A stretch of 53,642 nucleotides of DNA from Welwitschia mirabilis (Eukaryota): assembly GCA_051453625.1 (NCBI GenBank), contig JBOZIK010000001.1:45999428-46053069 (forward strand). Direction: 5' to 3'. The translations under genes were made by a program, and so were the position numbers. Below the pieces are notes generated by a model that was not told the DNA's origin, searched no databases, and was given only the letters and a program-made list of their open reading frames with translations. Below are positions 1-14,249 of the stretch, in pieces; within the stretch, counting starts at the first letter, position 1, and each line of letters starts with the position of its first letter.

Positions 1-1886
1 TATGAAAATGTAAAATCAGTAATTTTTTATGATGAGTAATTAGTTTTAAAAAATTATTTGTTAAACTATGTTAGAAACTAATTGCAAAAAATAGTAGGCT
101 AGTAATTTACATTCTACACCTATTTGTTAACATATTTGCAAACATGAGTATCCTAAGTTGTAGGAAATTGAATAATCTTTTCAAAACATCTTGAATCATT
201 TAAAAACTTAAAGTATTTTAAAAGTTATGGTCATTTTAGTATAGTGTGATAGGACTATAATTTTAGAAGATTTGACTTAAATGATAATGTTAGAAATAAT
301 ACTTTATAATTCCAAGATAGTTTAGGTTAGATTCTTAGAAACCTATTATGTGTCTAGTTTATAAAAAACTACTATAATTTGATTTTTTCTTCCTAATTGA
401 TTAATCTTTAGTTTTTAACTATGATGTTTTTCTAGAGCCTAAAAATGTTATAATTAATGTTTCAAATAACAGAAAAATTATTACACAACATTTTATAAGG
501 AAATTGAGTATATAAAATATGTTTCTATTAATAGATTTAAGTTAAATTATTTATAAGTGGTGTTTAATTATAGAATTACCTCTTTTACCTTTTTTCATTA
601 GCTTACTTTGAATATGCATGCTTATAAGAGTTTTTACCCTAGTAGTTTAAGTGATAGTAGTAGTCACTAACTTTTCACTTATTTTTATTGATTTATAATA
701 TAGCCATATGAAATCTTAGATAGATACTTATATCTTAACAATTATGCTTGAGTTATACTTTCTTTTGTTTACATTCTTTACACTAATCCATGGAGATTAT
801 CATATGACCATGGAAGAGTGTTTCTAGTATTAGCATAACTCTAGGTAGGTTTTAGTTTTTTTTAAGTACATTATTTTAAATTTTTTCTTTATTATTATTA
901 AAATAAAAAGAAAAGAATATTTCCTTTATCTAGATTTTTATTATTATAATCTTAAAAAAAAAGAAATGTTCTTGTATGCTTGCTTTCTTTTTATGGTTGT
1001 TTTTATAAAATAAACTAAATGATGATTAAAATTATTATAACTAGGTTAATAATTCATTAAATATTTATATTAGTTAGAATTGTTTGCATACATTTGTATG
1101 AGGTATTCATTGAATATAACTAAATCAAGATAATTCTAATAATGTTCATCCTCATACTTGGATTTCATCACCAAGGTGGGTTGCATTGCATTTTTTTTTA
1201 ATAATATCTTTTTAGAAGTGGATTTGATCACCACTCTCTTACCTTACCCATATATAAACTTACTCTAACTTAATATCTTGAGCCCTGGGTGTGAATAGAT
1301 CATGTTACACCATCTGGAGATGCTTTAAGAAAAGGGGAGTCATTTGTAAGAATGTATCCACCTCATATATTATTCATCACCTATATTAGGGGCTTATCAA
1401 GGTGAAGTAAAAGGATATGAAGTTGACCCTAGCCATGTTTGTATAGTTTAGAATCTAAAATAGAATCAACTCACATCTGAAGAATGGCCAGATATCAAGT
1501 TGAAATGTCATTAATTGGAGTTGCAACCTCCTATTATACTGGTTAGGTATTATCCTTAAAATTTATCTATATATGTTGACAACAAGTTTACATCTCTTCA
1601 ATTATTTACAAGATATCTTTTATGTGATCAAAAAAAGGAAGAAATGAAGGACATAAAATTATGACACCACTATTATTTGTAAACTAAAATAACCTAGAAA
1701 TTAATTATAGGTACATATATAACATTAATATGATTTGTCTTTCTTAGAATATAGAAATTCTAATTAAGGAGTAAGTAGAATTTGGTCATAGGTTCTGTTG
1801 TGTCTATTAGGTAGAAATATTAAAGAAGAAAGGAAATTAAAAGAAAAAAATAGTTCTTAATTAGGATAAAATAAAAAATAATGTCA
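1..1886 (+). mobile_element. Decayed LTR (Tekay-like Ty3/Gypsy, tentative), 5' part outside the window
   Basis: 1518-1886 aligns by eye with 5484-5826 (GCAACCTCCTATTATA.TGGTTAGG...TAGGTTC.GTTG) and with 30350-30490. It ends ...ATGTCA where it cuts the CRM-like RT. Left extent is uncertain. Confidence 0.5.
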
Positions 1887-1889
1887 TGC

Positions 1890-4388
1890 TTTAATCTTCA
1901 TTAAGTTCATTTTGAACTTACATGCCTTTATAAAACCTAAGTACACAATTTCCTACTACATGAATTACAACTTATTCATATAAATCAATAATTGCTCCTT
2001 TGTTAATGTCCTTAAGAATATGTTCAAGTCTTTAAAATATGTTTTTACATGTACTGTTAAAAGAAAAAAAAATCATATTGGAACATAATAGTAAATCATC
2101 TAATGAATTCCCTTAACACCTTCCTAATCAATATCATAAATGTCACTGAGGCATTGATATGATTAAATATCATCACCACCTATTCATATAAAAAATCTAA
2201 TATCTTGAATGCTACATTCCACTTATCATATTCTTAAATACAAATTTAGTAATATTCACTATCTAAATCAATCTTTTTGAAATAAGAGGCATGCGATAGT
2301 TGATCCATGACATCATTCATGTGCAACATTGTAAATTTGTAGTAGACTATAATGTGGTTTACTACACTCAAATCTATTGAACATTTTCCATTTTGTCACT
2401 TCTTCTTATTCATTCTACTTTGATGTTAATATCATAATCATAAGACATTGGAAAACATTCTCTCATATAAGGCAGTTTTGTAACAAGGCTACAACTTGTT
2501 TTTCAATCATTTCACTATTTTATAAAGCCATTTTATATGCCAATTTGTTAGGGAAAAAACTACTTCTAAGATAAATTTAATAACATGGCTTTCACTTCTA
2601 TTAGTTGTAAGTCCATCAACAAGGTCATTCATTAAGATGTTTGCATATCTTTTTTAATAATGCATTAAATTTTATAGGAATGTCTACCCTATTCTCTTGA
2701 TCATTTGGCTTCATCACCAAGATGCATACATTATCATGTTTGGATACCTATAATTACTTATTTTGATTCACATACATTTATCATATTTCTTTTCTATCAT
2801 GTATTTTATGTCATTTACTAAAGGCAATTATCATAACCTCTTCATGTCATATTATAGAAGCATGGTATTATTTATATCATAACCAACTAATTTGAAGTCA
2901 TATTAATAAGGTCTTCTAATAAAGACGTGACACTCATTCATTGACATTATAATGCACATCACTTTTATCTCATATGGCTTAATATTTATATTCACTTTGC
3001 CTTGTTCCTATACCTTTACTTATTCATCACTTTATGACCATAAAGCTGCATAAGGCTTAGGATGTCTTTCTATCAAAATATTATTCTCAATAGTCTCTAT
3101 AATAATGTTCTTGTGACTAATAGAATCTATAATGATAGTACCAACTCTTTCAATAATGAAGCATTACATTTGAAATAGGATGCTCTTATTGGATTAGGTG
3201 TTATGTCTTCTTTGTCTTTAGGGAGTACACCCTTATCTATCTCCTTGGTATGGCATAGAGGATACTTCTTTCTCTAAGGAAAAACTAATCCATTTAATTA
3301 ATTAAATATTTACTATATTTTGCTTATACATATTATATTATTTATCTAAAGTTTTAGGTATGTTTGACATGTGGAATTTTTAATAGAATGTGTTCTAAAG
3401 ATTTATAATGAAAACATCTTTCTCTAAATTCACTTAGTGATTCTTCTCTATTGTTTTTGAATTATTTTCCATGCATTCTAGATGATGAATGATATACTTT
3501 TTTCTTTACTATAATATTTCATTGGTAGAATACTTTTTGTCGTGTCCTACACCACATCCTTCTCGATATCATCCTCTTTCCTAATGATTACATTCTGTTA
3601 GCTTTCTCTTTTTAATTTCTATTTGGCTATTAAGAAGAACTACTCTCCCTTCTCAATACACATCTACAATTCTCTAATAAATTTATGTATCTTCTTGTTT
3701 ACCTTTTCAAATCAATACTAATGGATTGGAAAGGTGGTGAATCTACCTTCTTACTATAGATTTTGCATTTCTAATAAAGAGCACATTGGTAGTTTATAGG
3801 TAAAAATTTTTCCTTAAGCTTTGAAATAATGTTTCTCTAAATTTATATCTTTCTTTTATTTTTCCTTTACCTCTCTAGCTAAACTTGCTTCCACTAACCT
3901 ATGTCTAATGCTTTTAATTTTATGGTAGCTAATTTAACCCTCTCTATTTTTTTACTTCCTCCAATTAAAAATAGTTTTCATCTCATGAATCTAATTCACA
4001 AAAGCATCTAGGTTTAGACTTACATTTAAACACATGACATTAACATGTATTTTTTTCCTTCACTTATGAAGTCACTTGAAGACATAAATTATCCTTTTAT
4101 ATTAACATCGTCAAATGTATTTCTGGTATCAATGTTTCTTTTTTCTCATCACCATTATCTTCTATAATGAGTACTCCTTCTCATTGATAGGTTCCATAGC
4201 ATACATTCTTGTTTTTAATTATCATATCATTTGCAATGTTTTCTCCATTTCTTTATTGTCTTGAAAAACTTCTGCATGATCTTTTATTATGCGTCTACTG
4301 TGGCCTCCACCTCTCATTCCTCTTTTATAAATTATTACAATAAGTTCCTCATAGAAATCCCCCACTTTGGATTTTGTTCATTTCTGAT
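1890..4388 (-). mobile_element. Degenerate Ty3/Gypsy (CRM-like) gag-protease-RT relic
   Basis: Minus-strand translations with stops and frameshifts. RT: 'IDLDSEYY*ICI*EYDKWNVAFK' and 'LYE*VVMIFNHINASVTFM' (~2050-2350; cf. IDLRSGYHQIRI.EGDEWKTAFK..LYEWLVMPFGLTNAPSTFM). Protease region: 'TIIIDS' and 'ECHVFIRRPY' (~2900-3150). Gag: 'EVKLATIK...KEKFLPINY' (~3790-3950). Confidence 0.75.
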
Positions 4389-5117
4389 TGTTGTGGTGTG
4401 TATTTGTGCAATCGTTTACATCCTTTATCAAATCCTATTAGTCACAAATGTATTACAAAATACAACACACTAATATAGATAAGAGTGAAATCAAATGTCA
4501 TAATCCATCGAAGGCATAGACAAGAAGAAAGAGAATTGATTTCAAACAAATTATTTTTGTATTTTCTTTTAAGTAAAACAACAATGTAAGAAACAATGCA
4601 AGTAAACACACTATGCAAATGAAATGCAAGAACTCCTCTAAGTGTAATATCTATTTAATTACCAAATCAACCTATCATGAAGTTAGCCTTATATAATTTA
4701 TATTAATCAAGGAAAACTGTTACTAAACCCTAACCAACCTAAGCTATCAGGCACATTCAACAGAATATGGAAAACATGCAATATTATGCCATGAATTGGA
4801 AAATGCAATGCAATGCAGCTACTCTGATAGTTTTAACTTTAACAAAGATTAACCTTGTGATCTATATCAAATATATATATATTATGAAATCATAATGAAC
4901 ATAAATCATAAGGGAGATGCACATAAGAACATGTATAAGAAAATTAGAGTTTTGATTAAGAGTGAACCAACATCCATGTTACAAAGTAGTTGCACCTCAA
5001 TAAAGGATACATAGCTCAACACCAAGGAAGACGTCTCTCTACAATAATAATGGATGAATCTCTTGCCCTTCGATCTCCTATCAGAAGAAATTATGATGCC
5101 AAAGAAGATAAAAGTTA
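4389..5117 (-). mobile_element. Truncated Athila-like LTR
   Basis: Starts TGTTGTGGTGTG and is colinear with 7902-8630 (paralogous ORFs 4906..5187 and 8418..8642). Homology stops abruptly at ~5117. Confidence 0.85.
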
Positions 5118-5383
5118 CTTGTTTCTCGTCTGATGTCCATTTATCCCTGCTCTTTAGAGTTGTTAGCTTGGTAACTGGATCTTGCACAGTAGGAGAATAA
5201 TATCCATTAATAATATACTCCCAAATTTCTAGATCAATGGATTAGATAAAGACTCTCATCTTTGCTTTCCAATAACCATAATTTGTTCCATCGAAGAAGG
5301 GAGGTCTGGTGACAGAATTTCCTTCAGTGGGTTGACTCATTTTTCTAGGGATAAGAGGAGCAGAGATCTGTTAGGATCTATTG
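5118..5383 (-). mobile_element. Ty1/Copia (SIRE-like) gag N-terminal fragment
   Basis: From ATG at 5340 (minus): MSQPTEGNSVTRPPFFDGTNYGYWKAKMRVFI*SIDLEIWEYIING..., matching the Copia gag N-terminal motif PP.FDG.NY..WK..M. One CAA>TAA-type stop. Runs into the N-gap. Confidence 0.85.
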
Positions 5384-5483
5384 NNNNNNNNNNNNNNNNN
5401 NNNNNNNNNNNNNNNNNNNNNNNNNNNNNNNNNNNNNNNNNNNNNNNNNNNNNNNNNNNNNNNNNNNNNNNNNNNNNNNNNNN

Positions 5484-5826
5484 GAGATGCAACCTCCTAT
5501 TATATTGGTTAGGCACTATCCTAAAACTTATCCATTATATGTGATAAAACAAGTTAACATTCCTTCAACATTATACAAGATATCTTGTGTGGCGAAAACA
5601 ATGTTAGAAATAAACATAGAATACAAATTTGACATCGTTATTGTATGCAAACCAAGCAGGTCTATGGTTAAGTAATAATTGGATTTTCTAATTATTTTAA
5701 ATCTTATAATGTATTAATAGAGTTTAAATAGGATTTGATCCTAGGTTCCGTTGTGCATGTTAGTTAATAATATTTAAAAATAAAAATATTATGGTTAATT
5801 AGGGTAATTAAAGTTAGGGTGTTACA
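5484..5826 (+). mobile_element. 3' end of a Tekay-like LTR inserted in the Athila-like gag
   Basis: Ends GGGTGTTACA, a typical chromovirus LTR terminus; homologous to 1518-1886. Confidence 0.65.
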
Positions 5827-8800
5827 GAGGTATTATGTCATTTCCACTTTTTGTCACAGTCTTCCAATCTTTTTTAACTTCATTCAATGAAGGTTGTTTT
5901 GCAAGTGGTCCTTGTGGTCTTTGGTTTGCTAACATTGTTTTTTAAAGAAAATTTACTAGATTTTTAATATTTATGTTTGTCTTCCCTTGTGATTTTATTA
6001 GCTCATCCATGAAATCTCTAAGTGAATCACTTTGATTTTGTTGAGAGTTTGATGTTCATGCATGAAAATTTAAGCTACTTAGTTGGAAGTGTGAATTATT
6101 TGATTGGAAATTAGCATTTTGAAATCTATTTTTAAATGATTGAAAATTTGAATGACTTATTTAAAAGTTTTTAAATTTGTTCTCAAAGAATTAAAAGTTT
6201 GGTTTCCTATTCATTCTAGATTGAAATTGAAATTGATTTTGATTTTGATTTTGGTTTTTAAAGTTAGAAGACTTTGATTAAATGCACATACTTCTTCATG
6301 AATTTTCTCTTTATATGTTGGTAATAAAGGACATTATTTTATCACATGATAATTATCTTCATATAAATCACAAGTTAGAACCACATTCTTTTTAGTTACC
6401 ACTTTTTCATCAAGTACCATTTAAGTGTATTTTTCTAAAGTGGTTATGAAATCCTTGATTGAATTTGTTGGTTTTTGTTTTACTTCTTTCTTTTCTTATT
6501 GTACTTCTTTAAGTTCTTTTATAATTTAACCTATAGTTTGATTTTCTTTAGATATTAGTTTAGGCTAAGTTTGACTTACTTTCACTAATTCTTCTAATAG
6601 CTGCCATGCATTCTTTAATGTGAGGTTCATTACGTTGCCGCCACATCAAAAATCTACAAGTTTTTTAGTTTGACTTTATAGAAATAATATATTAGTTCTT
6701 TTTAAGTAAATACATCAATAGGATTAGAATATATTATTATGAAAAATCATTCATAAGCTATGGCATAATCCTTATTAGGTTGTTATTAGAAATTTATTAC
6801 TTCTTTTTTTCTTTATCTCATTATAGTTTTACTTATGAATCTTCTGATAAAGGCTTTTTAAACTTGATTCCATGTTTTTAAACTTTTATGTGGAATAATT
6901 CTTAGCCATAATTTTAATTTTCCTTTAAGTGTGATGGAAAAGATTACCATGTATGTATGATTACTAATATGTTTTTTACCATTTTCTAAAGTAAGCATTA
7001 ATTGTTCAATGTTAGCTATATGTTGAAGTGAATCTTCATCATTTTCTTCAGTGAAAATAGGATATGCACTTAAATTTCTTAACTTAACATTATCAAAAAA
7101 AGGTTGCAATTAATTCTTTAAGAGTGACATTGAAATTTGTATTTCTGAGAGTAGTAGAGGTTTGCATCATGATAGGGATATTAGGAGAAGATGATTGTTT
7201 CTGTTTTTCCATAGAATTCAACATTAGAATAAAACTTTTTGCTTTTAAATTTTTTTCTACAAAATTTTCTTTTGAAAAATCAGATTCTGAAATAATAAAT
7301 GCAGAAAAATATTCTTGTTTAATTCTTGGAATTTCTTATGTACCTGGGGTATGCGTACCTGGGTTTAGTTCATAGTTGATCAAGCCTTCTTTGATGCTTT
7401 TTTCAATTAGAGGTTACTCTCTTTGATACTTCATCTTTTTACCCAAATTTAATCATGTCCCTACATGATCAAAGCTGTTTCTACAAGTGTCATCTCAGTG
7501 GTCATCCAAATGATATAATTGAACGACAACATACAAAAAGAGAACTGGAAACTAAAACATAGAAAATTAGAGTTGCAAAAAGACAAATAGAAAGAAAACT
7601 GACAGTTGTCCATCCAAGTTATCTATACAATAGAGGAGATGATAGAAAAACCTTAATTCTTATAAAAAAAACCCTAGTTTTATAGGATGTTATCTGCTTT
7701 GCATCATCTAGATGACAAAGAAAATGATAAGGTGTTATTTTTGGAATGAAAATCAAAAAATGTAAAATAAAAAAGCCCATGATTCTATTATAAAAATATA
7801 GTGCTACTACAAACAAATACCTAAACTGAAATCCAAACTACTTATTTGAGTAACGACAATCCTTGAACTCCTTACAGCCTTCCCCGATAATAGCGCCAAG
7901 GTGTTGTAGTGTGTATTTGTGTAATTGTTTACATCCTTTATCAAATCTTGTTAATCACAAATATGTTGTAAAACATAACACACTAATGTATATGGGAGTG
8001 GACTCGAATGTCATAATCCATCAAAGACATAGGTGAGAATAAAGAGAATTGATTTCAAATGAAATATTTATGTATTTTTTTAAGTAAAACAATAATGCAA
8101 AAAACAATGTAAGTAAGCACACTATGTGAATGAAATGCAATATCTACTCTAAGTGCAATATATATTTGATTATCAAATCAACCTATCAAAGAGATTGGCA
8201 TTGTATAACTTAGATCAATCAAGGAAAACTATCACTAAGCCCTAACTAACCTAAGCTATCAAGAACATTGAACAGAATATGGAAAACATGCAATATCATG
8301 CTATGAATTGGAAAATGCAAAGCAATGTGGCTACTCTAATAGTTTCAACCTTAACAAAGGTTACCCTTGTGATCTATATCAAATATGAAGCTGTTAAAGA
8401 ATCATAATCAACATGAATCATAAGGAAGATATGCATAAGAACATATATAAGAAAAACAGAGTTTTGATTAAAAGTGAACCAACATCTGTATTACAAAGTA
8501 GCAGCACCTTAATGAAGGATACACAACTTAACAATAAGGAAGATGTCTCTCTGCAACAACAATGGATAGATCTCCTATCCTTTAATCTCCTATCATCAGA
8601 AGTTATAGTGCCAAAGAAGATAAAAGCTAGAGTCAAGTGCAAAGAAGGTATTTATTACAAATAAAACTCTAAAAATAGTAAAACCTAACAGATGTGATGA
8701 AACCCTAGTAATGCATAGAAAGCGCATGACACTTTGTAAAAGCTAGGTGGAGTTTGATGCATTTATTATTTTTAGATGTTGTCTTACTATTCATCCAGAT

Positions 8801-9160
8801 AATATAGGAGACAATGCTATATCACACATGATCCACATCAGTTGTAAGTTTGGTCTAGTCTATGTCCTAGTTAGCATGGTTTATTCTATCGTACGTACTG
8901 TTGTCTAGATGATGGAGTGGACAATGAGCTCTTAAAATCATTTATTGCATTAGGTCAGCCTCTTTGATCACATGATTTATTCTTCAGATAGGAAGTATTG
9001 TAATTTTCCTGAAATGCTGTTAAATGTAATAAAGATTATATGTTTTCATGATAATTGCATTAGCTCTCCATTATTGTCAAAACTCATCATAAACCTATCT
9101 AATGTACTTTAAAACTACTCAACATACCCTATCAAATACATACAATTTGGCATCACAATA
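5827..9160 (-). mobile_element. Athila-like Ty3/Gypsy 5' half: LTR 7902-~9160, PBS ~7881-7898, degenerate gag ~7450-5830
   Basis: PBS reads TGGCGCTATTATCGGGGA on minus (cf. Athila TGGCGCCGTTGCCGGGGA). ORF 6858..7109 'EDSLQHI...FSITLKGKLKLWLRIIPHKSLKTWNQV' is a retrotransposon gag core. 'QRPQGPLAKQP...KTVTKSG' lies near 5850-5930. LTR termini match those at 40404 and 47084. Confidence 0.85.
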
Positions 9161-9169
9161 ATAATATTG

Positions 9170-12100
9170 TCTTTTACTATTATTAGTAAACATAGTTGTA
9201 TTCAAGTTAACATAGCAAAAATGCAAAGATAGAATTAAATAGACGCCTTGAAGTTGATGCAACAAAGATATGAAAATGAAAGACAAATAGAATTTTTCTA
9301 GTGCAAAGAAAGATTCTTTAATAAAGGCTTAAAATATTTAATGTATTACATATCCATTACTTTTCAAGCATCTATAAGAAATTCCATAGGATGCTATTTA
9401 TTGGTTTCTTGAAAGAGTTTAGAAAATTTCTAAAATTAATCAATTTTTAACTATTATACATTCTAGAATTTTCTAATAACTACTATAAAATTTTTATTTA
9501 TTATGAAGAACCATTAAATGGCTATTATCAACAACCATATAAGCAGCAAGTTAGAATAGAGATTCTTGTATCAACACTCAAATGTTATTAGCTTATTACC
9601 ATTTGCTAGCCTTTCATCTTATTTTAATTAAAATCTACCTTTCCTTCTAACAATCAACCACTAACAAAGGGTTCTATAATTTTCTCCCAAGAAAAAACTA
9701 AAATAGGAAATTTAACATAGTGTAAAAATTACAAAGAAAAATAAAATGGAAAATCAACAAAATGTGCTCTTAAGAAAGGATCTATCTATATTTCAAATGA
9801 ATTTTCTTTTTCTCCTTATGTCCTTCAATTCTCAAAAGCAAGATATTCAATAAAGAAGATGCATTCTACTATAAATTAAAGGAATGAAAATAGGAATAGA
9901 TGCCTTGTTAATTGAAATGGAATCTTAGGTACAATGGGAGTAACATTTATCATAAGATGTTTGACAAGATTTAATGTTTAATACCAATGTATTAGAATGA
10001 AGAATTTATTACACATAAGTAGAGAGTGGATGAGATCTATAAAAGAAAGGAAAGTTGAATATTTACATGAAAATAAACTTATTTTTTTCATTAATCAAAT
10101 TAAAGATAAATCCATGATGAGAATGCCATATTTGACATTGATGATTTACCAAAATCCATCTTAGTAGAATTCAACCCTTCACTTCTCTAACCATGATAAT
10201 AAACAAACTTCAAATAATGTTAATGTGTAGGTGTACTTATTGTGTCATTAATCAAAATTATTAAGGATGATACTATAGCTACCTGTTTATATTTTTGAAA
10301 GTTAAGACAAATTTTGAAAACTTTTTCTCGTACTTGGGTAACTTTAATTCCAATTTGAGATCAATAAGCTTATAAAATCATTTTTTTTAATAGCAATGTT
10401 AAAAGTTGTTGCAAAAATATTGAAAATTATTTTTTCAGATTTGTTTTCAAATTTACAAGGAGAATTTATAAAGATAAGACATATTCTAATTTTGTTTCTT
10501 AGGCTCTTTCACCTTTCTAGTATGGATGTCACATTAAAATTAGATGAAAAAAGCATATGATAGAGTAAATCGGTATTGTTTTGAAGTAGTAATTAAAAAT
10601 TCACTTTTTTGGAATAATGCTAAACATTATTAATTTTTTTAAACATTATAGTAAATGTTCATTTGCGTTGGTATTTCAAGCGTGAAAATAATATTCAATA
10701 GAATGGGAGTTTTTGGTTATTTCAGTTTTGTTTTAAACCAAAGTTTTAAGAGTAATAGTTGATAAGGCTAAAAATATATCTCTTTGATAGGCATTAAAGT
10801 TGCAAAGATATTCTTAATTTAACTCATAATCAATATGCAGATGATATTTTTATATTTTGTATAAGAAAAAGAAAGAATTTCAAAAGTATTTAACATATTT
10901 TGAAAATATTTTCTAATAGTTTGGTTTTAAGTATTAATCTTCAAAAAGGTTTAGCCATGCATGATATTGATTGATACCAAGTAGTGCATAACCACTAGAA
11001 ATGTTACTTATTTCATTTGTTTAAAGCTTGGAAATACAAATTCAAATAGTTTCATCATGCAACTAATCACTTAATAGAAAATGCAAGGAATTCTAAATTG
11101 TGAAAATAGTAAATGACTTAGAAGATATTAAGGTATTTCTATTTTATAAGAATAGTAAAGAAATAATTATGAAACAATGTTTTTAATAAGATGGTAAAAG
11201 TATTACCAAGATAAAGGATAAAATTTCCTTATCTAGTAAAAAGAGGTTAGGTTTTTGAAGTTGTCTTCAATCCTTACCAATTTATTAAATGTCTCATTTT
11301 TGGTCTCTAAAAGATGTTATCAAGTGCATGAAAAAGCTAGAAAGACATGTTTTTGGAGAAAGCATTAATGATAAAAAGAATATTCATTTAAAAAATTGGG
11401 ATTCTTTAAGCAACTTATTGAATGAAGTCAATTTTGGTTTATAAAAACACTTCACGAGTTAAATATTTTCCTCTTAGCTAAAATAGCTTGGTGGTTACAT
11501 ACAAAACATGAAAAACGGGTTTAAATGTTAAAGAAAAAAAAATCTAAGTCATTCTAAAACTTTCTTTGAAGGTCTACATCTTAGTGGAGTCTCTAAAATT
11601 TGGATTGATTTACAAAAATTAAGAAACTAATTAAGGAACTATATTCATTCAGATATTCACAAAGCACAATCATATTATTACCTTTAGTTGGGCTTAAAAA
11701 AGCCACTACTATTACAAAAATAATGAAGAATCATATAGACACTATTTTCTTCATTATATGTGGATATAAAAAGTTTGGGATTTCATTTTTTCTAATAACA
11801 AAGTGGGATGTGGTTCTTTCAAATGGTGTCAAAGACTTGGCTAAACATTGACATTAACCTATGAGTGAACAAGAGATGAATATTAATTTTCTTCATTTAC
11901 TTTGTTATGTATTAAATTAGCTTTAAAAATAATATAATTTAAGAGTATTTATAGGAAAAAGATCTCATATTTGATTTATTTACACTTTAATTATTAATGA
12001 ATGGAAGAAAAGCCTAAAAATTTAAAAAGGAATTATATTTTGAAAGGACGCATTGTTATTTATTCCAATTTTCTTGTCCCTTTATTCTTGGCTAATCTTT

Positions 12101-12900
12101 CATGGTGCATAAGTTGCATAGCTAGGCCTTCATCATGCTAGAATGATGCAGTCTTTCTTTTTCCTAGTTCTTGGGGTTACATGTGTTTTTAGGATATATC
12201 CTTGTACTTCTTGAAAAACTTTGATCAAAACGTGGTCACTTGGTAGCTAAGGCAAGGAATTGGCCTCAAGATTGTTTTACATCTAATAGAGCTTCTATTC
12301 TGGAGAGTTAATACTCCTTTTGTTAGTGATGTGCTAACCACCATAGGACCAAAGTTTTAACTATTTTAATTTTAAAAAACAAAGAAAAAAGGTAAGAAGT
12401 TTCATAAACATAAGTTTCCTACACAAAATTATTTTTGGTTTAAAAGGTTTATGAATTAAACCTTTTCCTCTAGGCTACATTAGCTTGATGTCTACTTTTA
12501 GAGAATGGAAGATGGATTTAGGTATTAAAGGCTAAATATTTAAATTATTTTTTTTGGAAAATTTATATGTCATGAAAGCCTACCATTTGGAATGGTTTGC
12601 AAAATTAGCATCTTAGTTCAATAATTATGGGCGTTTAGATACTTAAAATTTGAAATTGATAATGTAAATTGAGTTTAAATCTTTAGAAGCTTATCAAACA
12701 ATTTGATTTTACCTATCTCATCTGAAAGTAATTAGATTGAAGAAATTAGAATTATCTCATAATTAATTTCAAATAAACTATCCTTTTTAGAGAACCTTCA
12801 AAAATATAGTTGTGTAATTACAAAGCACTGATACCTTTACAAGAATGAAGAGGAATTATACTAAAATTGTTTTCTTCATTGCTCATGAAAAAGAGACTTT
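9170..12900 (+). mobile_element. Degenerate L1-type LINE ORF2 (endonuclease remnant, RT, weak 3' domains)
   Basis: Plus-strand motifs in L1 order: 'WVTLIP' (~10335), 'LQGEFIKIRHI' (~10450), 'LKLDE/KAYDRVN' (~10535-10570), 'LTHNQYADDIFIF' (YADD at 10834-10845), 'LLAKIAW' (~11470). Boundaries are approximate. Confidence 0.8.
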
Positions 12901-13379
12901 ATTTTATTTGTTCAAAGGAAAAGTAGCATACTATTCTTCCACATAATGTTAAACATCTAGCTAAAGAATGGTATGGGTATTGTGGTGGATGAAACATAAA
13001 GATTACTTTCTTGTTATTTGTTTCCTCATGTGTTTTGGTAACTTTAGAAAGAACATAATTTAATTTTTTTAGAGGAAAATAATACCACGTTTGATCTATT
13101 TGCAACTTACATGTTGATGAATACAAGGGAAACTTGAAACTTCAAAAAGAAAATTGCACTTTGAAACATCAATGTATTGTGTTTGTGTATCAATTTTCTT
13201 CTCGTGTCATTTTGTTTGAGTCTTTCATGGTGAAGTAGTTTGGCAACTAAGTCTTTATAATCCCACCTTTCTTTTTCCTATCACCTTTAAGGCTATGTGT
13301 TTTTTAAGAACATTTTAAAGAAAGAGTTTTCTATTTTCTAAGAAACTTAAGGTTATAAATTTATTAGGAAGGAGCTTTC

Positions 13380-13600
13380 ACTTTCTAAAAATTATTAAGT
13401 AATTGCTTAGGAGCGAAGAGGAAAAAATCAGATGTAATAGAGCTAATACTTTGCAAAAATTAGGTGTAATGCAGCTCTTATTTTAAAGAGTTAATACCTT
13501 TAGTGGTGATAGATTCAGCAAACACTAAGACTCAGTTTAGACTTAGGTAATGATACTGCTTAGTAGGCTAAAACATCACAACTTATCGACCTTAGATATA
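13380..13600 (+). mobile_element. Short L1 3'-region fragment
   Basis: AATGCAGCTCTTATTTTAAAGAGTTAATAC (~13468-13497) resembles 12285-12330 inside the LINE and the reverse complement of ~18310-18345. Confidence 0.4.
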
Positions 13601-14249
13601 AGACATAAAAGAATTAGATCAGTTTTCAGATTTAGTTTCAGATCAATAGGATTAGGAGTCTTTTTCATCATAACTTTTAGTTGAAATGTCCTTTTGACTG
13701 CTTACCAACTTTTAATGTTCAGGGACCTTATCATTTTTTTTGAACTCTTTGTCACTGCTGATTTCTAAGTGTTTGTATTGATTGTTAACAGCTTGTTTTC
13801 TCTGGATATCCTCCATGACAGTGCTTCTGCTCTTAGACATGCACCTTCAGCTAATTAAATCATAAGCAGCACTTTCTTAAGCTTTAATCTTCACTATAAC
13901 TACTCTCAGTGAGAAGCTGAGTTTCATACTCTGTGCTCTACAGTTCCCAAAATTCAGCACCGCTTAGTTTTCCAAGCTGTTGCATTTCGGGTTGAAGCTG
14001 CAGGAGGTCTGTAAATATTTTTCTTAGCCTTTGAGTTCTAAATATTTGCTTAATTCTGAATATGGCGGTCATTTGAGTGAAATAGGGCATTCAAGCGTAC
14101 TGTATTCTCTGAATTTACCGATTTAGCAAAAAACTTCAGTTAATTTATTCTTGTGTCCTCCTAATCCACCTGAATTAGTAATAAAACTATAGTTAATTTA
14201 CTCATTAACATGAGAGCTTGAAGGTAACAGTAGGAAATTTAATTGATTA

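Noticed and set aside
8413..8664. ORFs within the Athila-like LTR as a conserved small protein
   Set aside because: They recur only because the LTR is repeated. The 4.9-5.1 kb copy has in-frame stops on + (TAG, TAA TAA).
13993..14011. TGAAGCTGCAGGAGGTCTG resembling miR167
   Set aside because: Only the first 9 nt match, the remainder needs indels, and I saw no star-arm hairpin.
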